Origin: Nitrospirota bacterium
GTDB taxonomy: Bacteria > Nitrospinota_A > UBA7883 > JACRGQ01
NCBI GenBank assembly: GCA_024275955.1
Contig: JAJRYD010000003.1
Coordinates: 10,471-74,470 of the forward strand
Direction: 5' to 3'
Length of the DNA: 64,000 bases
In this document: in pieces, positions 40,537 to 49,939 of the stretch
Numbering within the stretch: position 1 is the first letter of the stretch
Layout of the letters: each line of letters opens with the position of its first letter
Made by a program: the position numbers and the translations under genes
Notes under the pieces: generated by a model
What the model saw: the letters and a program-made list of their open reading frames with translations, nothing else
Told to the model about the DNA's origin: nothing
The model's database searches: none

Positions 40537-40665
40537 AGGGCTGTTGCCCAATGAGATAAATTTGATTTTTCTACAAATTACCAATCCCTAAAGGCTCTAT
40601 TTTTAAGAAGTAAGAAAATGAACTTCTCTTTAAAACGCTCGAAAAACTATTTTGAAAACAGCCTC
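40537..40665 (+). mobile_element. MITE family A, full copy, TSD CTGTT
   Basis: CTGTT at 40532-40536 and 40666-40670; ends AGGGCTGTT / AACAGCCTC. Confidence 0.92.
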
Positions 40666-40783
40666 CTGTTTGGTTAAAGCTGTTTGACATCAGCCGGTTC
40701 TAACGGGGAGGGACTGCTTGCCTGTTATTAAGACAAGTCAAAACCTGTAAACACTTTCCCCGATGCTTAAGCTCTATGGAACG

Positions 40784-41179
40784 CTAGTCGAGCGAGATTC
40801 CGTATTTTCTAAGCCAACCTTCGGTATCGAATTTATCTGAAAGATAGTCGAGGAATTTTTTTTCGCTTTTAGAGACCGCCCTTCCGTCTATAACCTCCGG
40901 GCTTTCCAGCTTTCTGCGTACCTTGCGTCGTTTCAACTTTTCCTGCCTAAACTCCTCCGTCTCCTCAATTTCCCCGTCACGGAATTCCGATATTTCGGCA
41001 CTCTTAATTTCCGAGAGAGAATCAAGTTTCAAAACAAAAACCATCAAGGTTTTGGCGGTTCTTTCGTCAACATTTTGGATTAGCTCGAGAGCTTGCTTAA
41101 CATCCTTTGAACCAAGGATAGCCTCGACGATAGCTCTGGAAAGCTTTTCCATATCTCTATCATGGTTCTCAGGCATCAC
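40784..41179 (-). CDS. Hypothetical cytoplasmic protein
   Basis: 131 aa ORF with GAGG SD; no recognised motif. Confidence 0.7.
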   Translation of the reverse strand: MMPENHDRDMEKLSRAIVEAILGSKDVKQALELIQNVDERTAKTLMVFVLKLDSLSEIKSAEISEFRDGEIEETEEFRQEKLKRRKVRRKLESPEVIDGRAVSKSEKKFLDYLSDKFDTEGWLRKYGISLD

Positions 41180-41328
41180 TAATAAACCCTCAATAAAAAA
41201 AATATGTCCGATTCACATATAAGCCAAGCTCCCCACCGACTGCTTACGAAGTAGTATAGCACCTTAAACGCAAAATGCGACTTGCTTAAAAGATTAAAAT
41301 GCTTTTTCCGCGTTAAAAATTATATGAG

Positions 41329-41457
41329 GGGGCTGTTGCCAAATCCGATAAATTTGATTTTGTTTAAAATTGCCAATCTCTAAAACATCTATTTTGAAGA
41401 AGTTAAAAGATGAGTCTTTCCTTCAAATACTTCAAAACCTGTTTCGGCAACAGGCCG
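41329..41457 (+). mobile_element. MITE family A, full copy, TSD ATGAG
   Basis: ATGAG at 41324-41328 and 41458-41462. Confidence 0.92.
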
Positions 41458-41594
41458 ATGAGGTAGACGTAAAAACTAAACCTAATGCAGGAAACCTCAT
41501 TAGCCTCTCCAAAGCTTTAGCATATCTGCCTGTCGTGAAGAGCTAAGAGTAACCGCTTGTTTTTAATGCCGAAAAGGAACGGATAAAAACTAGC

Positions 41595-41999
41595 CTATTT
41601 GATACCTTTTCCGGTGAGGTACGGGCCGTATTCCTTGTCGGTTTCGGCTATATGAAATTTCAGCCAGTCGAGCAAACAGTCTATGATTTCAGAATTCAAA
41701 ATTACGGCACCTGCGTTGAAATTCTTCCAATACTTTTTTACTTTTAGCGCAAGCTCCTTATGCTTCTTTTTATGCTCCTCGTAACCGGGATAGCCTGTCT
41801 CAAGCATCAGCTTTTCCTCGGCCGAGAAATGAGTGGCGGTATAGTCAAAAAGCTCGCCTAGCAGTTTGCTTTTCAGCTCTCCGCTTTTTTTATCTCTAAT
41901 TGAATTAACAACTTCACCCAATAAAACAAAAAGTTTTTTGTGCTGTGCGTCCAACGAAGGTACGCCGACCTTGTAGGAGTCGTTCCACTTTACTACCAT
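41595..41999 (-). CDS. Bacteriohemerythrin
   Basis: W...Y.VG..LD.QH, HFSAEE, HKKKH, WLKFHIAETD iron ligands. Confidence 0.93.
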   Translation of the reverse strand: MVVKWNDSYKVGVPSLDAQHKKLFVLLGEVVNSIRDKKSGELKSKLLGELFDYTATHFSAEEKLMLETGYPGYEEHKKKHKELALKVKKYWKNFNAGAVILNSEIIDCLLDWLKFHIAETDKEYGPYLTGKGIK

Positions 42000-42174
42000 A
42001 ATTCCGCCTCCTCGGTTTCAAGCAACATTTGGCCATGCTAGCATACCTCAATACAGTCAACGAGCCGTTCAAGAATAAACTTTATTTACTCAATCTCTTG
42101 GGCTTCGCGGCTTATACGCCGGCGAGAAAAATAATTATATTTCAAACCTTTGTAGCTCTAAAATCGGTTAGCAT

Positions 42175-42304
42175 GGGACTGTTTTCAAAAGAGTGTTTTT
42201 AAGCGTTTTAAAGAGAATTTCATTTTCTAACTTCGCAAGAACAGAGGCTTTAGAGATTGGCAATTTTAAACAAAATCAAATTTATACCATTCAGCAACAG
42301 CCCC
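42175..42304 (-). mobile_element. MITE family A, full copy, inverted, TSD AGCAT
   Basis: AGCAT at 42170-42174 and 42305-42309; reverse complement of the other copies. Confidence 0.92.
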
Positions 42305-42320
42305 AGCATGTAAAACTGCT

Positions 42321-44447
42321 ATGGAAAACATCGGAATAGGGAAAACATTCGGAAAAAGCAAACCGTTGCTTGGCACCATTATCATCGGGCTTGTGCTTAC
42401 CGCCTCTTTTTTCTTTTACGAAACCGGCGCGACAGCCCGCCTAAGGCTGATACTGCTTGATGCCGCCGCGAAACAGGTAAGACTTGATAAAAAAACAGCA
42501 GATAATATCGCTATTGTACTTATAGACGAAACCTCTCTACAGGCTCTAAACCCGATACTTGGAAGATGGCCCTGGCCTCGGGCCGCCTACTCCGACCTGA
42601 TGGAATTCTTCAAAATGGCGCCCCCGAAAATGGTACTCTACGATATCCTTTTCACCGAAACACAAGACCCCCGAACCGATGGACTGCTCGGTGCCAACGA
42701 TAACGCGCTTGTTTTGACCACCTTGGAGTCCGGTTTTGGTTATCACGCTATTCAGATTCTGGAGGATACCGAAGATGAATATAACAAAACCGACCTGAAC
42801 CGCCCTTTGCCGGACGATTTCATAAAAAAGTTTGCGGTACCTCTCGAAGGTTCCTCCAACTGGCTAGACTCTACAAACAACAAATACTACCTGCCGTTTA
42901 AGGAGCTTTACAACGCTTCCGCCGGTATAGGGGTGGTAGAGTTTTCGCCGGATATAGACGGCGTGTTCCGCCACACTATACCGCTTAGAAGCTATCTCGG
43001 CTCCGCTTTTCCTGTACTTGGGCTTTCTCCTTTCATTAACGGCCAAAAAGTCTCTATAAAGAAAAAGGCAGTAACGATAGGAGATAGGGAAATACCTCTG
43101 GACGATGAGGGAAAGCTTCTTATAAATGTTTACGGAAAATTCAATACCTATTCAATCAGCGGCATATTCGCTTCTTACCAAAAAATTATGAAAGGGGAAT
43201 TTGAAGATCTTATAGTCGACCCTTTGGAATTTGAAGATAAAATTGTCTATATCGGCTCCAGCGCTGTCGGCGTTGAAGATTTAAAGGCAACCTCTATGTC
43301 GCCGAACACTCCGGGAGTATTTCTGCATGCCGCTCTTTCGAGCAACTTTATTTTGGACGATTTTCTTACACCGCCGAACAAGAGTATTACCAGAATGCTT
43401 ATCGTTATCTTCGCGTTAATCTGCGTTCCCCTCCTTCTTTATCTGCCGGGATACCGCAACAAATATGGGTTCCTAATCGTGCTTTCTTTTGGTTTTTTTC
43501 TATTTTGCTATCAAAACTTTACGCAAGGCAAGGTTTACGATTTTATATCTCCTTTTTCAGCAATCTTTTTTTCCAGCCTGTTTAGTTTTGGCTACCTTCT
43601 TGTGACAGAAGGAGTGGAAAGAAGGCGGGTTAAAAAGATGTTTTCACAATATGTCTCGCCGGAGGTTCTTGACGCGGTAGCGGAGAACTACGAGAAATAC
43701 GGCTCTCTGCTTTCGGGAGGCGAAGAAGATATTACGATACTTTTTACCGACATCAGAAGTTTTACATCTTTCTCTGACAGCCACTCCGCGGACACCGTGG
43801 TAAAGATGCTCAATATCTATTTCTCGCGGATGTCGGAAATTATTTTTAAAGGGAAAGGAACCATAGATAAATTTATAGGCGACGCGATAATGGCGTTCTG
43901 GGGGGCGCCTATAAAAATGGAAAATCACCCCGATATGGCGGTCAAAACCGCTATTAATATGATAAAAGAGCTGGAGAAAATCAATGAGGAGATACAGAGC
44001 AAAGGGATAAACCACACCATCAAGATAGGATTCGGCATAAACAGCGGCTCGGCGATAGTCGGCAATATCGGCTCTGAAAGAAGGCTTAGCTACACTGTTA
44101 TAGGTGACGCGGTAAACCTGGCGGCACGGCTGGAAAGCATAACGAAGAACTGGGGGGCCGAGATAATCATCTCGGAATTTACGAGAGAAAAACTCGACCC
44201 GAAAATCCCGTGTAGAGTGATCGATAGGGTAGAAGTAAGAGGCAAAAAAGATAAAATTAAAATTTTTCAGGTATTTGTAGAGGACGATGACGAATCGAGC
44301 AGGCTGGTTAAAATAACCAACGAGGCGTATCAATTATTTGAAAATGGAGACTTTCAAAAAGCACTTGGCCTTTATGAATCAATAGATGATGGAATAATCA
44401 AAGAAGTTTTCGTCGAGAAATGCAGAAAAAAACTAAATCTGTTATAG
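42321..44447 (+). CDS. CHASE2-domain class III adenylate cyclase
   Basis: IDE.SL..GRWPWPR, DIDGVFR, PGV..HA (CHASE2); 3 TMs; FTDIRSFT, DKFIGDA, YTVIGDAVNLAARLE. Confidence 0.93.
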   Translation: MENIGIGKTFGKSKPLLGTIIIGLVLTASFFFYETGATARLRLILLDAAAKQVRLDKKTADNIAIVLIDETSLQALNPILGRWPWPRAAYSDLMEFFKMAPPKMVLYDILFTETQDPRTDGLLGANDNALVLTTLESGFGYHAIQILEDTEDEYNKTDLNRPLPDDFIKKFAVPLEGSSNWLDSTNNKYYLPFKELYNASAGIGVVEFSPDIDGVFRHTIPLRSYLGSAFPVLGLSPFINGQKVSIKKKAVTIGDREIPLDDEGKLLINVYGKFNTYSISGIFASYQKIMKGEFEDLIVDPLEFEDKIVYIGSSAVGVEDLKATSMSPNTPGVFLHAALSSNFILDDFLTPPNKSITRMLIVIFALICVPLLLYLPGYRNKYGFLIVLSFGFFLFCYQNFTQGKVYDFISPFSAIFFSSLFSFGYLLVTEGVERRRVKKMFSQYVSPEVLDAVAENYEKYGSLLSGGEEDITILFTDIRSFTSFSDSHSADTVVKMLNIYFSRMSEIIFKGKGTIDKFIGDAIMAFWGAPIKMENHPDMAVKTAINMIKELEKINEEIQSKGINHTIKIGFGINSGSAIVGNIGSERRLSYTVIGDAVNLAARLESITKNWGAEIIISEFTREKLDPKIPCRVIDRVEVRGKKDKIKIFQVFVEDDDESSRLVKITNEAYQLFENGDFQKALGLYESIDDGIIKEVFVEKCRKKLNLL

Positions 44448-44456
44448 AATACCGGC

Positions 44457-44969
44457 ATGATGTGTCATCGCTCAGACAGCTCGGTTAGGCCTGTTTCTAG
44501 CTTTGCCTTATCGCTTATCGCTTTTATCCTTGTTTTTGCGTACAACCTTCACGCGGCGGAAATTCTTTACGTTCAAAGCGCTAAAGCAAAATTAATGTCG
44601 GACAAAAACTTCAAGTCCGACCTCAAGGAAACCCTTAAGAGGGGGGATAGACTGGAGGCGCTCGAAAACTCTGGCGGCTGGTATAAAGTTTCAGCCGGCA
44701 CCACGAAAGGGTGGGTTCACCGGCTGTCAGTATCTACAAACCCTGTAATGGAAAAACTAACTCTTATCAGCGCCGACGCGCCCGACATATCGAGAGGCGC
44801 CAGAAAAAGGGCATCCGCCATAACCTCCGCGGCGGCGGCGAGAGGGCTTTCCGATACAGACAGAAAAAGGCTAAACGAACAGGGCCGTGCCGACTACCGT
44901 TCGCTTGAAAAACTCGAGAAAGATGCCGGTGGAATTTCAGAAAACGAAGTGGAAGAGTTTGCGAAGTAG
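44457..44969 (+). CDS. Secreted bacterial SH3-domain protein
   Basis: Signal peptide; 'LKRGDRL..GGWYKV..KGWV'; tail with AAARGL. Confidence 0.75.
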   Translation: MMCHRSDSSVRPVSSFALSLIAFILVFAYNLHAAEILYVQSAKAKLMSDKNFKSDLKETLKRGDRLEALENSGGWYKVSAGTTKGWVHRLSVSTNPVMEKLTLISADAPDISRGARKRASAITSAAAARGLSDTDRKRLNEQGRADYRSLEKLEKDAGGISENEVEEFAK

Positions 44970-45805
44970 TGGCAAGCGTGGGGGGGAAAGTCGGCAGGTT
45001 TTATATCGCTGTAACAATCTTTGCCGCTGCTGCTTTTGCTACTCCGGCAGATAGCGCAGACCGCAGGAGGGCGCATCAGGAAACGCAATATATCACCACT
45101 GACGATGTTCAGGCTGAAGTCGACTTCGGCAGGGAGGTAGCGGCAAGGATTATCGGCAAATATTCGCTTTACGAAAATAAAAAACTTACGAGATATCTGA
45201 ACCTTCTGGGAAAAGCATTAGCCGGCAATACCAACAGACCGGAGCTGAACTTTACCTTCGGGGTTCTCGATACCGACATAATAAACGCTTTCTCGGCACC
45301 GGGCGGCTATATTTTCATCACCAAGGGGGCTATAAACTCTATGGAGGATGAAGCGGAGCTGGCAGGGGTAATCGCCCATGAGCTTATACATGTTACGGAA
45401 AAGCATATAGTAAAGGAACTCGGCATAAAAGGTTCCGAGTCATCCGCGGTCGCCGGTATAGGCAGGCTGATAGGAGGCGCGACCGATGTGGCAAAAGTCG
45501 CCTTTTCGCAGGCGGTCGATAAGGCGGAGAATATTCTTTTTAACCGCGGCTACCAGCAAAAAGATGAAATAGAAGCCGACAGGCTTGGAACCCTTTTGAT
45601 ATATTCGATGAACTACAACCCGACAAGCCTTATAGGGTACTTTAAAAAGATAAAGGGAATAGAGGGGGAGCCGACAGGTTCCATTAAAAAACTGCACCCT
45701 CCTTTTGACGAAAGGATTAAATCTATTTTTTCCATTATCGCGGAGGATGGGCTTAAACAAGATGGAACATTAAGAAAAAAGGAGAGATTCGATGCCAATA
45801 TATAG
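44969..45805 (+). CDS. Secreted M48-family metallopeptidase
   Basis: INAFSAPGG, AELAGVIAHELIH, E.EAD, HP...RI. Confidence 0.88.
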   Translation: MASVGGKVGRFYIAVTIFAAAAFATPADSADRRRAHQETQYITTDDVQAEVDFGREVAARIIGKYSLYENKKLTRYLNLLGKALAGNTNRPELNFTFGVLDTDIINAFSAPGGYIFITKGAINSMEDEAELAGVIAHELIHVTEKHIVKELGIKGSESSAVAGIGRLIGGATDVAKVAFSQAVDKAENILFNRGYQQKDEIEADRLGTLLIYSMNYNPTSLIGYFKKIKGIEGEPTGSIKKLHPPFDERIKSIFSIIAEDGLKQDGTLRKKERFDANI

Positions 45806-47084
45806 TAAGGGAAAATATTTTCATCTACTGACAGTGCTACTTCTCGGGTCTTTGGCCAATCCTCTTTTCGCCGATGATTTTCACTACACAAACCTTCTGG
45901 TCGGCGAGCGTGCCGCCGGACTGGGCGGTGCCTACACAGGGGTGTCCGACGACCCTTCCGGCCTTTACTACAACCCAGCCGGAATAGTTTACTCGCAAGG
46001 GCAAAAACTATCTGCAAGCGTAAATTCCTATACCAATGGGGAGCTAAAATATAAAAACGTATTCAGCGGTCAAGACTATGTAAGAAAAACTTCTTCCATC
46101 CTCCCAAACTTTTTCGGCATCGTCCAGCCCATGGGAAGCGGAATGTTCGGCCTTTCCTATGCCGTTCCCGACTCAATAAATGAAGATCAAGACCAGAGTT
46201 TCAGCAATGTAACAATCTCCGGCATTCCTATCGACAGGTTCATAATAAACAAAAAAAAGGAAGATACTACCTATCTCTTTGGGCCGTCTTACGCGAGAGA
46301 ATTTTCCAACGGCCTGTCGCTTGGGGTTACCCTTTATTATTACCAGAGGAAAGTAAAAACAATAAACAACCAGTACATTGATTACGACGATACATGGATA
46401 AGCACCGCCTGTAGCGGGGCGGCGTGCGACTCGGATAAAAGAATAGTAAACATTGTCGAGGAGCATTCGGAATCCGGCTGGAAGCCGGTGCTTGGGCTAA
46501 TGTACTCCCCCGAAGCGGCAAAGTACTCGCTTGGTCTCACCATTTCACAAACATCAATAACTTCTAACTACTTTTACAAACAGAAAACCGTAAAGAGATA
46601 CAGCGATAACGCAACCTCGGTAACGACAGTTGACCCTATAGCCAAAAGGAAGCATCCTACGGAAGTGAAAATAGGGGTTGCCTATTTCCCATCCAATAAG
46701 CTGATGTTTACAGGCGACATCCAGCATTACACCGCGGTAGAAAACTCAATAGATAACGGAATAAAAGACAAAAGAAAATCGGTTACCAACTTTGCGGGCG
46801 GGTTTGAGTATTACCCCACTTCGAGGCGGGCTTACCGTGGCGGATTTTTTACTAGCTACGCGAATACCCCCGCCCTCTCCGATGCCGATTCGCTAAGCTA
46901 CGACCACTTGGATATAAAAGGATTGTCCGGCAGCGCCAGCTTCTTCACAAAAAACACCTCTCTTACAATCGGAGCAGTCTATAGCATCGGTAGCGGTGAC
47001 GGGCAAGCAACCACGGAAGCGGTAACACAGAGCCTTGAATATAAATCACTCGCGCTCTACCTAGCTTCCTCTTATTCCTTTTAG
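45792..47084 (+). CDS. FadL/OmpP1-like outer-membrane beta-barrel
   Basis: 'GERAAGLGGAYTGVSDD.SGLYYNPAG' hatch motif; C-terminal YSF. Confidence 0.8.
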   Translation: MPIYSKGKYFHLLTVLLLGSLANPLFADDFHYTNLLVGERAAGLGGAYTGVSDDPSGLYYNPAGIVYSQGQKLSASVNSYTNGELKYKNVFSGQDYVRKTSSILPNFFGIVQPMGSGMFGLSYAVPDSINEDQDQSFSNVTISGIPIDRFIINKKKEDTTYLFGPSYAREFSNGLSLGVTLYYYQRKVKTINNQYIDYDDTWISTACSGAACDSDKRIVNIVEEHSESGWKPVLGLMYSPEAAKYSLGLTISQTSITSNYFYKQKTVKRYSDNATSVTTVDPIAKRKHPTEVKIGVAYFPSNKLMFTGDIQHYTAVENSIDNGIKDKRKSVTNFAGGFEYYPTSRRAYRGGFFTSYANTPALSDADSLSYDHLDIKGLSGSASFFTKNTSLTIGAVYSIGSGDGQATTEAVTQSLEYKSLALYLASSYSF

Positions 47085-47187
47085 CCAAGCGTACCGCTGG
47101 AGGCAATAACCTACATGCGGTAGATACGGTTTTGGCCCTGTGCGCCTTTAGCATACTTACTAAAACTCGTATTGCTGGAAGGATTAG

Positions 47188-47317
47188 GGGGGCTGTTGCC
47201 CAATGAGATAAATTTGATTTTTCTACAAATTACCAATTCCTAAAGACTCTATTTTTAAGAAGTTAGAAAATTAACTTCTCCTTAAAATGCTTTAAAAACT
47301 CTTTTGGAAATAGTCGC
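47188..47317 (+). mobile_element. MITE family A, full copy with decayed right end, TSD ATTAG
   Basis: ATTAG at 47183-47187 and 47318-47322; right end AATAGTCGC. Confidence 0.88.
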
Positions 47318-47440
47318 ATTAGAGGAAACTCGTTTTCCGCTTTGCGGTAGAGCAGGCGCCTCTTGGCTGTTAATCATGCGGAGCATCCGTTTCCATTTCC
47401 GTGTAGAAAAACGCTATCTTTTTGATGTAACATCTAGTGG

Positions 47441-47902
47441 ATGGAAAATGAGAGTGGAAATGTCAGGTATCGTGAAGTTCCGCCCGAGGGTGCGAGCGGA
47501 AGAGATAACCCGCCAAAAGAGGATAAGCCTAACCCGCCTGTGGACAGACCTGTTTACGCCGTGCCGAAAAAGGATACAGGTAGCTCCAGTAGCTCCGCCG
47601 ATACGGCTGGCAGGCTTAATTTTAAACCTCTGCTGGTAGCCGGAATGATAATTCTGGCGATTGTCGGAACATATATATACAGCCGCAATATGGTACAGCT
47701 ACCTGTCCATTCTGCTCCTGCAGAAATTTCGACAAACAGGGACAACAGCCTAAAGGTGGAAACGCTTCGAACCATCGGCATTCTTAGCCAGATAGAAGCC
47801 GCCTACACCGATAACCCTGAAAAGCTTGAAGAGGTGAAAAGCCTGAAAGACGACGCTGAAAAAATTCTGGAACTGCTTGAAAACGAAATACGGGAGGAAT
47901 AA
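47441..47902 (+). CDS. Hypothetical single-pass membrane protein
   Basis: Pro-rich N-terminus, one TM, helical C-terminus. Confidence 0.7.
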   Translation: MENESGNVRYREVPPEGASGRDNPPKEDKPNPPVDRPVYAVPKKDTGSSSSSADTAGRLNFKPLLVAGMIILAIVGTYIYSRNMVQLPVHSAPAEISTNRDNSLKVETLRTIGILSQIEAAYTDNPEKLEEVKSLKDDAEKILELLENEIREE

Positions 47903-47912
47903 ACGCGGTCTT

Positions 47913-48380
47913 ATGTGGAGTGATTTAAAAAAAATCGGTAATAGCCTGCTGGAGCAGACCATAGACCAAAAGGAGCTTATCCTATTTAACTTAAGAGTTA
48001 AAAGCCTCTCGGAAAAACAAGAGTCTGCCTTTGCCCGTCTAGGTTCTCTTGTTTACACTCCGCTTAAGGGCGGCAACACCATATCGCCTGATGATGAGGA
48101 GCTTAAAAGCCTTCTGGCGGAAATTGAGGGTATTGAGAAAGAGGTCGAAGAAACCGGCCTTGTAATGAAAAAAATAAAAACCGAATCGGCATCGGGTAGA
48201 GACAGAATGGTAGACGACATTGAAAAAGCATGGAACAAAACCAGAACAGCTTTTAACGAACTGGTAAGCGATGGTGAACCGAAAAAGGAAGCAGATAAAC
48301 CGGAAGTAGAGGCAGTAAATTCCGACTCGGAGACGGCAGAAAAAACAGTAAAAAAAGTTAGCACAGATAAGAAAACCTGA
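47913..48380 (+). CDS. Hypothetical coiled-coil protein
   Basis: ATG 47913 after GGAGG; helical and charged. Confidence 0.7.
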   Translation: MWSDLKKIGNSLLEQTIDQKELILFNLRVKSLSEKQESAFARLGSLVYTPLKGGNTISPDDEELKSLLAEIEGIEKEVEETGLVMKKIKTESASGRDRMVDDIEKAWNKTRTAFNELVSDGEPKKEADKPEVEAVNSDSETAEKTVKKVSTDKKT

Positions 48381-48408
48381 TAAGCTGTTTTAAGTAGATG
48401 GTGGTAAG

Positions 48409-48774
48409 TTGGTTGCTTTAAAATTTCTTTTCGGACTAGCTATTCTGATCGTTCTAGTAGTCTTTTCCCTTAATAACCTAGAACCGCAGGTGGAAATCAA
48501 ATATTATATCGACAAAACTCTTGGCCCTATGCCTCTCTCGTTCGCACTGCTTGGGGCGGCGGCGATCGGGTCTATCGTTGCCGCGCTGGTTACGCTTATT
48601 GAGCAGATTAAACTTCGGCATACAGTAAAAAAACAGGCAAAAGAAATAGCACAGCTCGAAAGCCAAATCTTAGAGTTTGAAAGTATGCCGCCGGAGCCGA
48701 TTCCCGATAACTTAGCAGACAGAGACGAAACCGCACTCCCCCCCGCCCTGCCTCCAAAACCTGACGAGAGCTAA
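48409..48774 (+). CDS. LapA-domain membrane protein
   Basis: 'VVFSLNN...V' then second TM and coiled coil. Confidence 0.75.
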   Translation: MVALKFLFGLAILIVLVVFSLNNLEPQVEIKYYIDKTLGPMPLSFALLGAAAIGSIVAALVTLIEQIKLRHTVKKQAKEIAQLESQILEFESMPPEPIPDNLADRDETALPPALPPKPDES

Positions 48775-48907
48775 AAAACTCCCTGCCCCAGCCTTCTCCC
48801 CGCAGATACGAATAGGTTTGTCAAAGAGTTTGGGGAGGTGTATATTAAGACGTTACATATTTAAACATCGGTTCATTTGCACAAATACGGCTAAAGGAGA
48901 TGCAATA

Positions 48908-49852
48908 GTGGAGCTTTACGATCTTGTCATAATCGGCGGCGGCCCCGGCGGTATAGCGTCGGCGATTTACGCAATAAGAGCAAGGATGAAAGTTCTGATG
49001 ATAGAGAAGGCTGGAATCGGAGGACAGATTGCCGTTTCCGACATTATAGAAAATTACCCCGGTTTCCCATCCGTTTCGGGGCCTGAACTTATGCAGGCGT
49101 TTGAAGATCATGCCAAAGGGATAGGGCTGGAGATTAAATACGCGACAGTTAAAAAAATTCAAAAGACAGACAGCCTCTTTGCCATAGAGATTGGCGAGGG
49201 GAGCTTAAAATCGAAGTCGATAATAATGGCGACAGGCGCGGAGCCTGCTCGTATCGGCATTCCGGGCGAGACGGAGTTTATAGGGCGTGGTGTCTCCACA
49301 TGCGCTACCTGCGATGGTCCTTTTTACCGCGACAAGGAAATAGCGGTAGTCGGCGGCGGCGATACGGCGGTAAAAGAGTCTATCTACTTAAGCAAGCTTG
49401 TAAAGAAAATTTATCATATCCATAGACGCGGTAGCTTCCGAGCCGAAAAGGTTTTACAGGAAAGGGTATTTGAAAAGGACAATATAGAATTTCTCTGGTT
49501 TCACTCACCTCTAGAGATAAAGGGAGACCAGTCTGGAGTTACACAGCTTGTGGTAGAGAATTCTAAAGATGGAAGCCAAAAGACGATAGACCTGCTGGGA
49601 GTTTTTATGTTTGTCGGCATAGTGCCAAGCACTTCATTTGTAGATTGCGAAAAAGATGACAGCGGGTTTATAAAAACCGATGAGAAGATGGAGTCTTCCG
49701 TCAAAGGACTGTTTGCCATCGGCGATTGCCGGGTTACACCGCTTAGACAGGTTGCTACGGCGGTTGGCGACGGTGCTATAGCGGCTACTAAGGCCGAGGA
49801 GTATGTATCCGAACTCGAAGGTACATCGTACGAAGGTAAGCAAAAAAACTGA
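48908..49852 (+). CDS. trxB: Thioredoxin reductase
   Basis: GTG 48908 after AAGGAG; GGGPGG, ENYPGF, CATCDG, GGGDTA, HRR. Confidence 0.95.
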   Translation: MELYDLVIIGGGPGGIASAIYAIRARMKVLMIEKAGIGGQIAVSDIIENYPGFPSVSGPELMQAFEDHAKGIGLEIKYATVKKIQKTDSLFAIEIGEGSLKSKSIIMATGAEPARIGIPGETEFIGRGVSTCATCDGPFYRDKEIAVVGGGDTAVKESIYLSKLVKKIYHIHRRGSFRAEKVLQERVFEKDNIEFLWFHSPLEIKGDQSGVTQLVVENSKDGSQKTIDLLGVFMFVGIVPSTSFVDCEKDDSGFIKTDEKMESSVKGLFAIGDCRVTPLRQVATAVGDGAIAATKAEEYVSELEGTSYEGKQKN

Positions 49853-49939
49853 GAAGCAGGTAGCCGGTGGTGAGGCTGTCTGGTTTTTGTTTTTATCTAT
49901 AGCGGCGAGGGGCCAAACGAAGGTGGGTAGTGACGAGAG

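Noticed and set aside
41329-47317. Composite transposons carrying hemerythrin or the cyclase operon between MITE pairs
   Set aside because: Each copy has its own distinct TSD (ATGAG, AGCAT, ATTAG), indicating independent insertions
47304-47639. ORFs overlapping MITE copies (47304, 59312, 63492)
   Set aside because: No protein-like features; they overlap repeats or real genes in other frames
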